Virus record (IMG/VR): IMGVR_UViG_3300018481_000001
Span: 1 to 64,000 of that record
Direction: 5' to 3' (one strand)
Source: a virus
DNA length: 64,000 nt
Part shown: in pieces, positions 28,091 through 35,930 of the stretch
Layout: each line of letters opens with the position of its first letter
Numbering within the stretch: the first letter of the stretch is position 1
Notes under the pieces: model-generated
What the model saw: only the letters and a program-made list of their open reading frames with translations
What the model was told of the DNA's origin: nothing
The model's database searches: none
Made by a program: the position numbers and the translations under genes

Positions 28091-28115
28091 CGTAGTTCCT
28101 ACATATCATAGGACG

Positions 28116-28337
28116 TTGCTAAAAACTCTCGACGAGATTGAGGTTGTGCGCCTTCTAAAAAAGCACAGCAGTGCGGAGAGTCTGCGCATATTCACGCTCG
28201 CATGGAACCGGCGCCCCGAATTGGTAACAGTGATTATGAATTACTGCTTTACCCACAAAGAACAGCTCAACGAAGCCGCCGTTGTAGTTCGCCTCGAGCG
28301 TGTCATTTATTTGATTAAGCACCAAGGAACTGCATGA
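28116..28337 (+). CDS. Hypothetical protein
   Basis: Coupled to the next gene. Confidence 0.4.
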   Translation: MLKTLDEIEVVRLLKKHSSAESLRIFTLAWNRRPELVTVIMNYCFTHKEQLNEAAVVVRLERVIYLIKHQGTA

Positions 28338-28555
28338 CAGACCTAGGTCATAAGCAAGAAGAGTTGCTAGGCATTATCGCGGAAAAACCCGGACTCACTT
28401 TTTTAGACTTAGTCAAATTGAGTCAAAGAAGAGATTCAATAACATCACGTGCCCTCGCTCGTTTATTTCTCCGCGCTTATATTTGTAAAACCGATAATCT
28501 TCACTATATTACACCCAAAGGACTCGCGTATTTGCAGACCAGTAATTTAGATTAA
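28334..28555 (+). CDS. Small winged-HTH protein
   Basis: LLGII...PGLT..DL.......ITSRAL.RL...YI......YITPKG. Confidence 0.6.
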   Translation: MTDLGHKQEELLGIIAEKPGLTFLDLVKLSQRRDSITSRALARLFLRAYICKTDNLHYITPKGLAYLQTSNLD

Positions 28556-28559
28556 TTCA

Positions 28560-28567
28560 TGGTATAA
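28560..28567 (+). promoter_or_regulatory. GGTATA-class phage promoter core
   Basis: TGGTATAA followed by SD GAGGT and ATG 28587. Confidence 0.55.
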
Positions 28568-28586
28568 CGCAGTAGAGGTTATACAG

Positions 28587-28943
28587 ATGTTGAATTCATT
28601 TAGTAATTTTTGTTTGTGGCTGTGCATGACTCTGCTTGGATTTGGCGACGAATATCGCAAAAACAAGCTTGCGCGCGACGCTGTGCTCGATGCAGAAGGC
28701 GATGCGTTTAAAAAACTCGCACCGGCCAACAAAGCACTCGTGTGGTTTGCCGATGGTAAACTCACGCAAGCCAAGGCTGCGCGCCGCAAGTACTGGCAGA
28801 ATATGGACGCGAAGCCTTGGGCCAAGCTCTACAAAGAATTGAATCTATCCGACGCTGAGCTTACCCGTGTGATGAGCTCCGAACGGAAAATGCCTGGGTA
28901 TTTCCAGAAACGTGTACGCGAAGAAATGCGCAAGCTCTCCTGA
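28587..28943 (+). CDS. Hypothetical protein
   Basis: SD and promoter motif upstream. Confidence 0.6.
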   Translation: MLNSFSNFCLWLCMTLLGFGDEYRKNKLARDAVLDAEGDAFKKLAPANKALVWFADGKLTQAKAARRKYWQNMDAKPWAKLYKELNLSDAELTRVMSSERKMPGYFQKRVREEMRKLS

Positions 28944-28971
28944 ATCATTCATTTAAGAAAGACATATTTTT

Positions 28972-29259
28972 ATGAAAAATCATACCGTCGCTGCAGCACT
29001 TGCAAACCTCGATGTCATTGAAACCGAACGCCGTGCTGCTTGGACCAAAGCACGTGCAGCATTAGTCAACGCTATGCGTAATCTCAAGAGCGACGCTGAG
29101 CGCGAAATGCTCGCACCACTTCTTGCAGCAGTGGACGCAACGATTGAAGAAGATCTCGCAGAACTCAAAACATTGCGCGACAACTTCCTGACCAACATTC
29201 ATGCGATAGACCTAACTATCGCGGCTATCAAAAATAACACGCTCGGCGTAGAAAATTGA
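28972..29259 (+). CDS. Coiled-coil hypothetical protein
   Basis: Helical ORF coupled to the downstream genes. Confidence 0.6.
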   Translation: MKNHTVAAALANLDVIETERRAAWTKARAALVNAMRNLKSDAEREMLAPLLAAVDATIEEDLAELKTLRDNFLTNIHAIDLTIAAIKNNTLGVEN

Positions 29260-29474
29260 TGAGGTTTACGGTGTGCCAAAAAAACCTAGACCACTCCGTG
29301 ATAGCTTTTGAGCTAACCCTGGCCGAAGCGGTGCACGAAATACGGCACGCACAACTCGGCCCCAACCCGCTTTTGGCGCTCGAGAGTCTACAGGGCGCAC
29401 GCGACGCGGTCACCCGCTCCCTGCAAGAACTCGCTACCGTAGAACTAGCACTCAAGGCCAAGTTCAATGACTAA
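29256..29474 (+). CDS. Hypothetical protein
   Basis: Overlaps both neighbours. Confidence 0.45.
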   Translation: MMRFTVCQKNLDHSVIAFELTLAEAVHEIRHAQLGPNPLLALESLQGARDAVTRSLQELATVELALKAKFND

Positions 29475-29802
29475 AAAAAGAGCCCGTGAAATCATTCGTA
29501 AGGTACGTAAATCCGGGCGTATTCAGTGCGACCATAAAGGCGCGCAATGCCCTGTGTGCAAATACACCTACTCCAACGGCCTCACGGACATTACCAACCA
29601 CGTGAGCAACGAGCAGGACACTGACGAAGAGGTCACCACAACCCTCACCGTTTGCTCGCGCTGTCAACGTATCTTGGTTATTGAACCGACGGGCCTGCGG
29701 TTGCTCAACGACATTGAACGCATGCTTCTGACGGCACCACAGCTCGAGACCATTAAAACATTGCGGGACATGGCACGCGTGTTTACCCAGGACCAATCCT
29801 AA
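29467..29802 (+). CDS. Zn-ribbon protein (CPxC...CxxC family)
   Basis: CPVC...TVCSRC. Confidence 0.6.
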   Translation: MTKKRAREIIRKVRKSGRIQCDHKGAQCPVCKYTYSNGLTDITNHVSNEQDTDEEVTTTLTVCSRCQRILVIEPTGLRLLNDIERMLLTAPQLETIKTLRDMARVFTQDQS

Positions 29803-30116
29803 GAATCGAGCTGTTTGCTCTTCAGCATGCGCAATACTGAAAAGCCCAGCGCAACGCCCGTTTCTTTTAGGTTTTGCTGCTCTTCTTCACTGAGCAATGT
29901 AAAGGCGTCCTGCGAAAATGGCTCGAGTTTTCCTTCTGCAAATTGGCTAACCATGCCACAGCCACTACAAACGCTCAGGTCGCCTATGGACGGGATTTCG
30001 CGTTTATCCCCTTGAGAAACCGCCGCGCCGTTTAATTTTTTACCACAGCGCGGACACCAGTACGAGCCACCTTCGAGCTCTACTCTGAGATGTGCGTTAT
30101 AGTCGTTATTTGGCAT
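29799..30116 (-). CDS. Zn-ribbon protein (CPxC...CxxC family)
   Basis: CPRC...GDLSVCSGC. Confidence 0.65.
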   Translation of the reverse strand: MPNNDYNAHLRVELEGGSYWCPRCGKKLNGAAVSQGDKREIPSIGDLSVCSGCGMVSQFAEGKLEPFSQDAFTLLSEEEQQNLKETGVALGFSVLRMLKSKQLDS

Positions 30117-30486
30117 TATTTTCCGCCGTCAATGCTGCCAACCGTTGATACTTTTCTTTCGTCGTATGTTCGTCCCACGGTGAAAGTACTTCGAGCGGCT
30201 GCGCCCAGTCGAACATTCCCAATTCATCGATATAAAGATGCCAGCTTACTTGTCCCTGCGGCGTCTGAACAAAAAGAATCGTCCGCCATTCTGGACCCCA
30301 CGCGGGCTCACCGGGTTTGTCAATATGCTCCGCAAGCCACACCGGCCAGCCCATGTTGTGCGCCATTTTTGCAAACACGTTGACGAGCTGATTGCGCTCC
30401 CAGTACGCCTGGTCTTTCTGCAGCGCGAGTTCATGAATACCCTTGTAAACAGCGCGCGCTTGATCAAGTAGTGTTTGATCGTCCAC
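30106..30486 (-). CDS. Conserved phage hypothetical protein (WDGH-like)
   Basis: AY.ERN.L...TPQGQVSWH...WD.HTT.EKY.RL. Confidence 0.7.
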   Translation of the reverse strand: MDDQTLLDQARAVYKGIHELALQKDQAYWERNQLVNVFAKMAHNMGWPVWLAEHIDKPGEPAWGPEWRTILFVQTPQGQVSWHLYIDELGMFDWAQPLEVLSPWDEHTTKEKYQRLAALTAENNAK

Positions 30487-30490
30487 GTTA

Positions 30491-30763
30491 TTAGTTCCCC
30501 AGTATTTTGGGGCCCTTCGGCCCTGGAAAACTTAGTCCATGCGGAAACGCTTGAACATTACCAATGCGCTCTTGTACTTCTTTATACGTCGGCGCATAAA
30601 CCAAAACAATTGTATCGGGACATGACTCTACGTCGTACCCAAACGCACTCATAATCAACCCGTGCGGATCACCGTCTTTGAGCTTGGCAATTTCAATGTC
30701 CGTGATACCAAGAATAAAGTAATTACGGCCATTCAATTCATTAGTCAGCTTGGCTTTAATCAC
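30491..30763 (-). CDS. Hypothetical protein
   Basis: Coupled ORF. Confidence 0.55.
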   Translation of the reverse strand: MIKAKLTNELNGRNYFILGITDIEIAKLKDGDPHGLIMSAFGYDVESCPDTIVLVYAPTYKEVQERIGNVQAFPHGLSFPGPKGPKILGN

Positions 30764-31092
30764 GGTTGGCCTCGCAAGCGTGCGACAGTTCCTTCAACCT
30801 TAATGGCGCTCAACAATATATTATCGATGATGAGTTTTGTTTCATCGGTTCTGTGAACGCTGTCGGCTTCTTCACGTAATGCAACAGCAAGCTTGGCAAA
30901 CTCTTGCAGAGTACGTTCTTTTGCACCGACACACTGTCCTACGCGATACGCCGCAATAATGGGCCCGCACGTGTCGCGAACGGCAAGCTCTTCCGGCTCG
31001 TAGAGAGATCTACTCAATAGAATCTCACACGTTAATTCTGCAATTTGAAACGCGACGTCGCGGTCAAGATACGTATCTTCAGGGGCTGTCAT
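30760..31092 (-). CDS. Hypothetical protein
   Basis: Start reassigned to MTAPED with an AAGG SD. Confidence 0.5.
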   Translation of the reverse strand: MTAPEDTYLDRDVAFQIAELTCEILLSRSLYEPEELAVRDTCGPIIAAYRVGQCVGAKERTLQEFAKLAVALREEADSVHRTDETKLIIDNILLSAIKVEGTVARLRGQP

Positions 31093-31264
31093 ATGCCTTT
31101 TCCTTGAGAACACGGGCCTGGTAACCCTTAAACCTAAACCAATTGCGTAGCTCATCGCGGGTCCATCCGACAGTCCATCTGAGGATGGGCGCGGCATGCA
31201 CGCAGACATCGTTTTCTAAAATTAATCCAGCTACAAAATGAGGGGCGACAACACGTACGAGCAT
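31079..31264 (-). CDS. Small hypothetical protein
   Basis: APHFVAG...AAPILRW phage-type motif. Confidence 0.55.
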   Translation of the reverse strand: MLVRVVAPHFVAGLILENDVCVHAAPILRWTVGWTRDELRNWFRFKGYQARVLKEKAYDSP

Positions 31265-31267
31265 TAG

Positions 31268-32245
31268 TTACCCCATAGAATCATAAAGCGTTTTTAACGC
31301 CGCGTCATATTGAGCCGGATCCGCCTCGGGGGTATTTTCAATACGCTGCAACTCATCGATAAGTCCCTTTGCTTTCTTAGGGATCGTTGCAATATTTGGA
31401 AGTTGTGGATCACGCAGACGCCGTAAATGCGCTTCTATATTCGCATTTAGCCTAGGCGTTTCGATTTTATGCGCATTGGCTTCCAGCCGCCCTTCAAGTG
31501 CCCTTTGATGTCGTCCGCCTATTGGCAAAGGCCAATCTGGATGAAAGCCTATTTGTTTTTTTAATTTTGCCACCAACGCATTATCGGGGTCCATGCGCGT
31601 ACCCCTTCGCGCTTGCCGCGCTTCAAAATCCCCACGTAAAACTTGATCTTCTTCCAAAATAGGTCCGACGCCAACATGCGTGGCGTGCGGGTATTGCGTT
31701 TTCAATCGCATACCTGCACGCTCTGCTTTCTCATGCGCCAAAACCCCTGTATTTAACGTATCATCGACAGGTGCACGCGGTGGTAGCGGTAAGCGATCTG
31801 CATAACCCCCCTCTGGTGTTGCTAGAAATTCATCACTCGATCTTCGCGCTTGCTGCCCTGCCGTCTCAGGCGCGTATACTTCAGTTTTAGAGCCCATTGG
31901 GATTTGATCTGGCCCTCCTTTAAATATATTCGCTGCATCCTGCTGTACAGGCGTGCGCGTAAACTTAGGAAGTGCCCTAGCTTTTTCTGCCAAGGCATGC
32001 TCATTATTATATATGCCTTTTTGAATACCTCGGTATCGTGCAACCGCTTCTTCAGGTTGTTGCGTTCCCATGTGCACTGCTTGGCGTAGAATGTTTTTAC
32101 TATCCGCGCCTAGCGCGTGTGGCACTACATCGCTGTAATTAACGATTCCTTTTAATACTTCTTTATCCAAACGGCTGGCTGCGATCTTATCGAGGCCCAT
32201 CGCTCGCAGTGCAGCATTTTGGCCCAAGCCGTAGTGTGTCAGCAT
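31268..32245 (-). CDS. Leader-family protein with HExxE...HATH motif (paralog of 24937-26148)
   Basis: MLTHYGLGQNAALRAMGLDKIAASRLDKEVL. Confidence 0.75.
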   Translation of the reverse strand: MLTHYGLGQNAALRAMGLDKIAASRLDKEVLKGIVNYSDVVPHALGADSKNILRQAVHMGTQQPEEAVARYRGIQKGIYNNEHALAEKARALPKFTRTPVQQDAANIFKGGPDQIPMGSKTEVYAPETAGQQARRSSDEFLATPEGGYADRLPLPPRAPVDDTLNTGVLAHEKAERAGMRLKTQYPHATHVGVGPILEEDQVLRGDFEARQARRGTRMDPDNALVAKLKKQIGFHPDWPLPIGGRHQRALEGRLEANAHKIETPRLNANIEAHLRRLRDPQLPNIATIPKKAKGLIDELQRIENTPEADPAQYDAALKTLYDSMG

Positions 32246-32262
32246 GGTCTAACTATAGGCGT

Positions 32263-32451
32263 TCAGAAATCATCGTCATTTGTATCCGGCGGCAGTTTAA
32301 TACGCACCCAGTGATCGTACCGTTCACGTTCCCGCTGTACTTCACTACCCGTCACCCACCAATACCCGTCGTACCAGTGCGCCGGCTGCCATTCTTCTTC
32401 GCTGTACGAACGTACCCAGTAATAGCGATCATCAATTAATTCTTCATTCAT
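32263..32451 (-). CDS. Small Trp-rich protein (YWVR family)
   Basis: SD AGGAG; YYWVR...WQPA.W..YWW. Confidence 0.55.
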   Translation of the reverse strand: MNEELIDDRYYWVRSYSEEEWQPAHWYDGYWWVTGSEVQRERERYDHWVRIKLPPDTNDDDF

Positions 32452-32812
32452 AATGTACTCCTAATTTTTTAGCATGCGATTCGAGTGCGACATCTGCTGT
32501 ATAAATTTGCGCACCGTAGACCAATGCTGCGGCCAACACATGCACATCAATCCAGCTAAGTCGTTGTCCATAGAATCGTCGCGCGCGCACAAGATTCACG
32601 ACATCTTGATGCGGGACGGGCGCCACGTGAATATATCGAATATATTCAGCCAATAGTTTAGATCGTGCTCCTATATCGCCAACCAAAAGCTCCCCATATA
32701 TTAAATCATGTCCAACCACCTGTCCCCGCTGCAAAAGGTCATCCATCCTAGTTGCATAGGGTTCTTTCCCAGCGAGCATGCGTATCCACACCGAAGTGTC
32801 TACGAGCACCAC
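32444..32812 (-). CDS. vapC: PIN-domain toxin VapC
   Basis: VLVDTSVWI...GELL.G...LSWIDVH.LAAA...IYTAD..L. Confidence 0.9.
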   Translation of the reverse strand: MVLVDTSVWIRMLAGKEPYATRMDDLLQRGQVVGHDLIYGELLVGDIGARSKLLAEYIRYIHVAPVPHQDVVNLVRARRFYGQRLSWIDVHVLAAALVYGAQIYTADVALESHAKKLGVHYE

Positions 32813-32813
32813 G

Positions 32814-33053
32814 TTACGCGCTCTTTCGCGTACGTACTTTACGCTTTACAGGTACTTCCCGGCGTCGAGGAACATCCACTATAGGTCGCCCTTTTTCAGA
32901 GCCTATGAGCGCACGCGTACGCTGATAGGCAGCATGGCGAACCAGTGCTTCTAACCCCAAGCGTACGGTGTCCGTGTCGCTCGTCGCGCCCGTCACTTCG
33001 CGAGCTTCGGCCAACAGGTCTTTATCGATATTGAGCGTAGTTTTTTGTTTCAT
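32814..33053 (-). CDS. vapB: VapB-family antitoxin
   Basis: MKQKTTLNIDKDLL.EA...TG......V..GL.AL; directly upstream of vapC. Confidence 0.88.
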   Translation of the reverse strand: MKQKTTLNIDKDLLAEAREVTGATSDTDTVRLGLEALVRHAAYQRTRALIGSEKGRPIVDVPRRREVPVKRKVRTRKSA

Positions 33054-33060
33054 GCGCAGG

Positions 33061-33095
33061 AGCATGCCATACACATGTGTATGGTTCAACCATAC
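33061..33095 (-). promoter_or_regulatory. vapBC promoter/operator
   Basis: TTGAAC-17 nt-CATGCT-7 nt-ATG; perfect 18-bp palindrome CCATACACATGTGTATGG (33067-33084) and overlapping IR GTATGGTT-c-AACCATAC (33079-33095). Confidence 0.75.
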
Positions 33096-33096
33096 G

Positions 33097-33462
33097 CTAT
33101 GCCGCAGTCTTTTCCGGCGGAACTACAATAAATAGCCCCCGATTTTTGGCGCGGCGCAAGCAATCAAAGGTCCCTGCACCTTCCCCGGCAGGGAGCCCAA
33201 TGCACCAATCCCCCACGTCCGCTGCGTCCATCATTTGCTGATTGCGCAACGGACCCGCAGCTTTCCCGTGCGTTGCCCAGTCTGCAACGAAAACACGGTG
33301 GTTGTAGCCATGCTTTATGCACCACGCACGCGCTTGCGCGTCTACACCGCGTGCATCGCCTAAAATGATAAGGTCTGGCACGCCGTATTTGCGAACCCAA
33401 CGGTCCAGCCAATACTCTACGTCGGCACGACCAAATCGTGAACCTGTTATCACGAGTTTCAT
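33097..33462 (-). CDS. SLOG-family (DUF2493/YspA-like) protein
   Basis: KLVITGSR...GDARGVD..A..W...ADW..HGKAAGP.RN..M. Confidence 0.85.
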   Translation of the reverse strand: MKLVITGSRFGRADVEYWLDRWVRKYGVPDLIILGDARGVDAQARAWCIKHGYNHRVFVADWATHGKAAGPLRNQQMMDAADVGDWCIGLPAGEGAGTFDCLRRAKNRGLFIVVPPEKTAA

Positions 33463-33478
33463 ACAAGGACTATACGCT

Positions 33479-33841
33479 ATGCCAAAGAAGCTTTACGTCG
33501 TGACGGTCGAAACTGAATTCGTTTTTGCGTCCGAAAGCGATAATCCTTTTGACGTCGAACAAGAATTCCAGCGCGCTCTCGAAAATAACTACACCATGCG
33601 CGATGAGCTCGATACTGATCCCGAAGTTCGCGCCAACCACATGACTTATTTGCCCGGCCCATACAACCTGACCGATTTGCCTTGGGGGGACAACGAAGAC
33701 GATAAAACCATTCAAGACTTTATCGATGAGGGCGGCGCTCCAAAGTACATAGACGCGCACAATAATTTTGTTAACTTCGCGCCGAAGCTTGAAGACGCCG
33801 CTCTAGAGGACGATACTAAACTGCCGCCGACCGAGCCGTAA
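33479..33841 (+). CDS. Acidic hypothetical protein
   Basis: Start reassigned to MPKKLYVVTV; divergent from the SLOG gene with a 16-bp gap. Confidence 0.55.
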   Translation: MPKKLYVVTVETEFVFASESDNPFDVEQEFQRALENNYTMRDELDTDPEVRANHMTYLPGPYNLTDLPWGDNEDDKTIQDFIDEGGAPKYIDAHNNFVNFAPKLEDAALEDDTKLPPTEP

Positions 33842-34388
33842 ACCGCAGCGCTTGGATGCTTTCCAAAGGAAGTACGGGGAAAGCTTCTTTAATTGCTTCG
33901 TCGGTGTCACCACTTTCGATATATTTCAAAATTACCTGTACAGGTATTTTAGTATCCATAAATACCAGCGCATCCGCATCGCGCGACAGGTATTTAGGAT
34001 ACACTGCAACATAGGGGACGCCGCCAGGAAGACCTTCCCACAGATCTCGAGGCAGCAAATACGATACACGGTATAGCGCAATACCCAAAATGACGAGCTC
34101 TTGTATAGCTCGATGCTGTCCCCACAGCATTTCATTTTTGTCTACACACATATTGAGGAATGACCACCCTCCCCCTGTGTCTCGATAAAATGGTGCAGGT
34201 AATTGATCGAGATAGTTGTGTATCTCGTTCTCGAACGGCGGCAAATTCTTTGGGTCAAAGCACGCAGTTATCGTAAGACCCCGGACAATTATCGCGTCTT
34301 CGGGCAGCTCCGTGAGCGTAGGGTCTTGGTACAAACAGCGTTTAAATATTTCATTAAGTCGTTTAGAATCTATTAATGGATCCATCAT
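33816..34388 (-). CDS. Phage hypothetical domain fused to a C-terminal DUF433-like domain
   Basis: GGGWSFLN.C.D....WG.H N-terminal part; VF.DTKIPV..IL.Y...G.T.E.I...FP.L C-terminal part. Confidence 0.65.
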   Translation of the reverse strand: MMDPLIDSKRLNEIFKRCLYQDPTLTELPEDAIIVRGLTITACFDPKNLPPFENEIHNYLDQLPAPFYRDTGGGWSFLNMCVDKNEMLWGQHRAIQELVILGIALYRVSYLLPRDLWEGLPGGVPYVAVYPKYLSRDADALVFMDTKIPVQVILKYIESGDTDEAIKEAFPVLPLESIQALRFTARSAAV

Positions 34389-34879
34389 GGTCCGTCCTTT
34401 ACCATCCGCTCGCGCAACACTTCCGCGACTAGTTCTAAAAGTCCTGTATCTGTTTTTCTTGTATAATCAGCTCGCGCACCTACGACCTCGTAATGCGCAG
34501 CAAGCTTTTCAATGGGTTCCAGTACTTCCGCACGATATAGCGCCAGTAACTCAGGGCGTACATACCATTGAGCTGCTAGTTCTATTTCCCGTGCATTGGG
34601 CGTGGGCATGTCTTTCACGGCTTAACCACAAAAGGATCGAGCCATTTCTTAGTAAATGCGCGCCACGCGAACGGCGCAATGCAGTAATTGTCACGCGTGT
34701 CGTCGTACTCGAGATGCTCTGTCATTTCATTGAGCAATTTCTCGGTAATGTCTTTACGAATACTCGCAATCATGCGTGCCGTAGGCATCACATACGCCGC
34801 ATACGGTTCCGCACCAGACAACTCACGCAGCAATTTCTGCGCATAAGTAATATCCTCGTCGTTTGTTTCAACGGGCGGT

Positions 34880-35299
34880 TTATTTTCCGTGCTCATAATT
34901 TTCTCCTGTCGCACCTACTTGATAAGCCCAAAGCAAGCGCGGTACGGCGTCTTGGTCGAGCCGGTGCATTAAATGCAAACAATATTGATGATCATTCAAC
35001 CAATATCGTTTGGGCGGCAGCTGCTGCAAAAAATACAGATCGCCATACCCAAGCTCATCGCGCGCCGTCAACAAGTCCGGCCAAGAAGGCAGCCGTGTTT
35101 TGCGCGACACCGAGATATGCAACCAGTCTCCTGCGCCGCTGTCCGCCCCCAGGTCGACCGTTACGATGGTACGAACGGGATCGGCCCCTGGCTGTATCCA
35201 CGCCCCCAGGTCGACCTGGTAGGGGTTATTGACGATACCTTGGGGTGTAGGTCGTCGGTTCCACATCGTATTGGGAAGTAAATGGTTGTAGTCAGTCAT
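34880..35299 (-). CDS. Conserved phage hypothetical protein
   Basis: WLHISVS...R.PSW..L...R......Q..PP...W.N.H..CLHL motif. Confidence 0.65.
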   Translation of the reverse strand: MTDYNHLLPNTMWNRRPTPQGIVNNPYQVDLGAWIQPGADPVRTIVTVDLGADSGAGDWLHISVSRKTRLPSWPDLLTARDELGYGDLYFLQQLPPKRYWLNDHQYCLHLMHRLDQDAVPRLLWAYQVGATGENYEHGK

Positions 35300-35919
35300 C
35301 TGTTTTTCGAATAGCCTCGACAATATCTTTGGGGAGATTTTCGAGAATAGCTTCTTCAGCTTCTTTCGCGCCGGCTCGTATTTCCTTTGCACACTGCTCA
35401 TAAATGCTTGCCTCAGAGTTGTACGCATTGAGCAGACTATTATTTTTGTAATTACCTGCCTTAGGGCGTCCTCTACGTCGAAAGTCGGCAGCTTTTTCTT
35501 CAAACGAAACCACTAGTTTCTCAAGCCACTTTTCCATGTCTACTCCCACGATATGTTGTGCCTCCGGCCGCACGAAATGCATCGAACTCTTCTTTACTGA
35601 GTAAAACTGCATCTTCAGGCGGGCACAGATGGCGTAAATAAAATTCGCCGCTGTCTATTTCTTGCGACGGGTTTAATTTGGCTTGGTGCGGCCAGCCTTT
35701 GAATATTGGCACTTCTGCCATCGCCGCTGCCAACTTGGCTGTCGTATCTTGTAACGCTTGGATACCTGTTTTTCCTTCAGGAAGACGTGCGATGAGTCGC
35801 TTGTTTCGACTCACCTGAAACCAGATTTTTGGGTCATAGTTTTTTATCAGAGGTACCATGCCCGAGTATACTTGAAACATGCGCAAGGTCCCTGCTGCCG
35901 AAGAACAAGTCTCTATTAC

Positions 35920-35930
35920 TTATACCCTAA
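35920..35930 (-). promoter_or_regulatory. Possible GGTATA-class promoter core
   Basis: ttaGGGTATAA upstream of the gene at 35521-35886. Confidence 0.4.

Noticed and set aside
34216-35232. 338-aa plus-strand ORF
   Set aside because: It is the antisense shadow of four coupled minus-strand genes and has no recognisable motifs.
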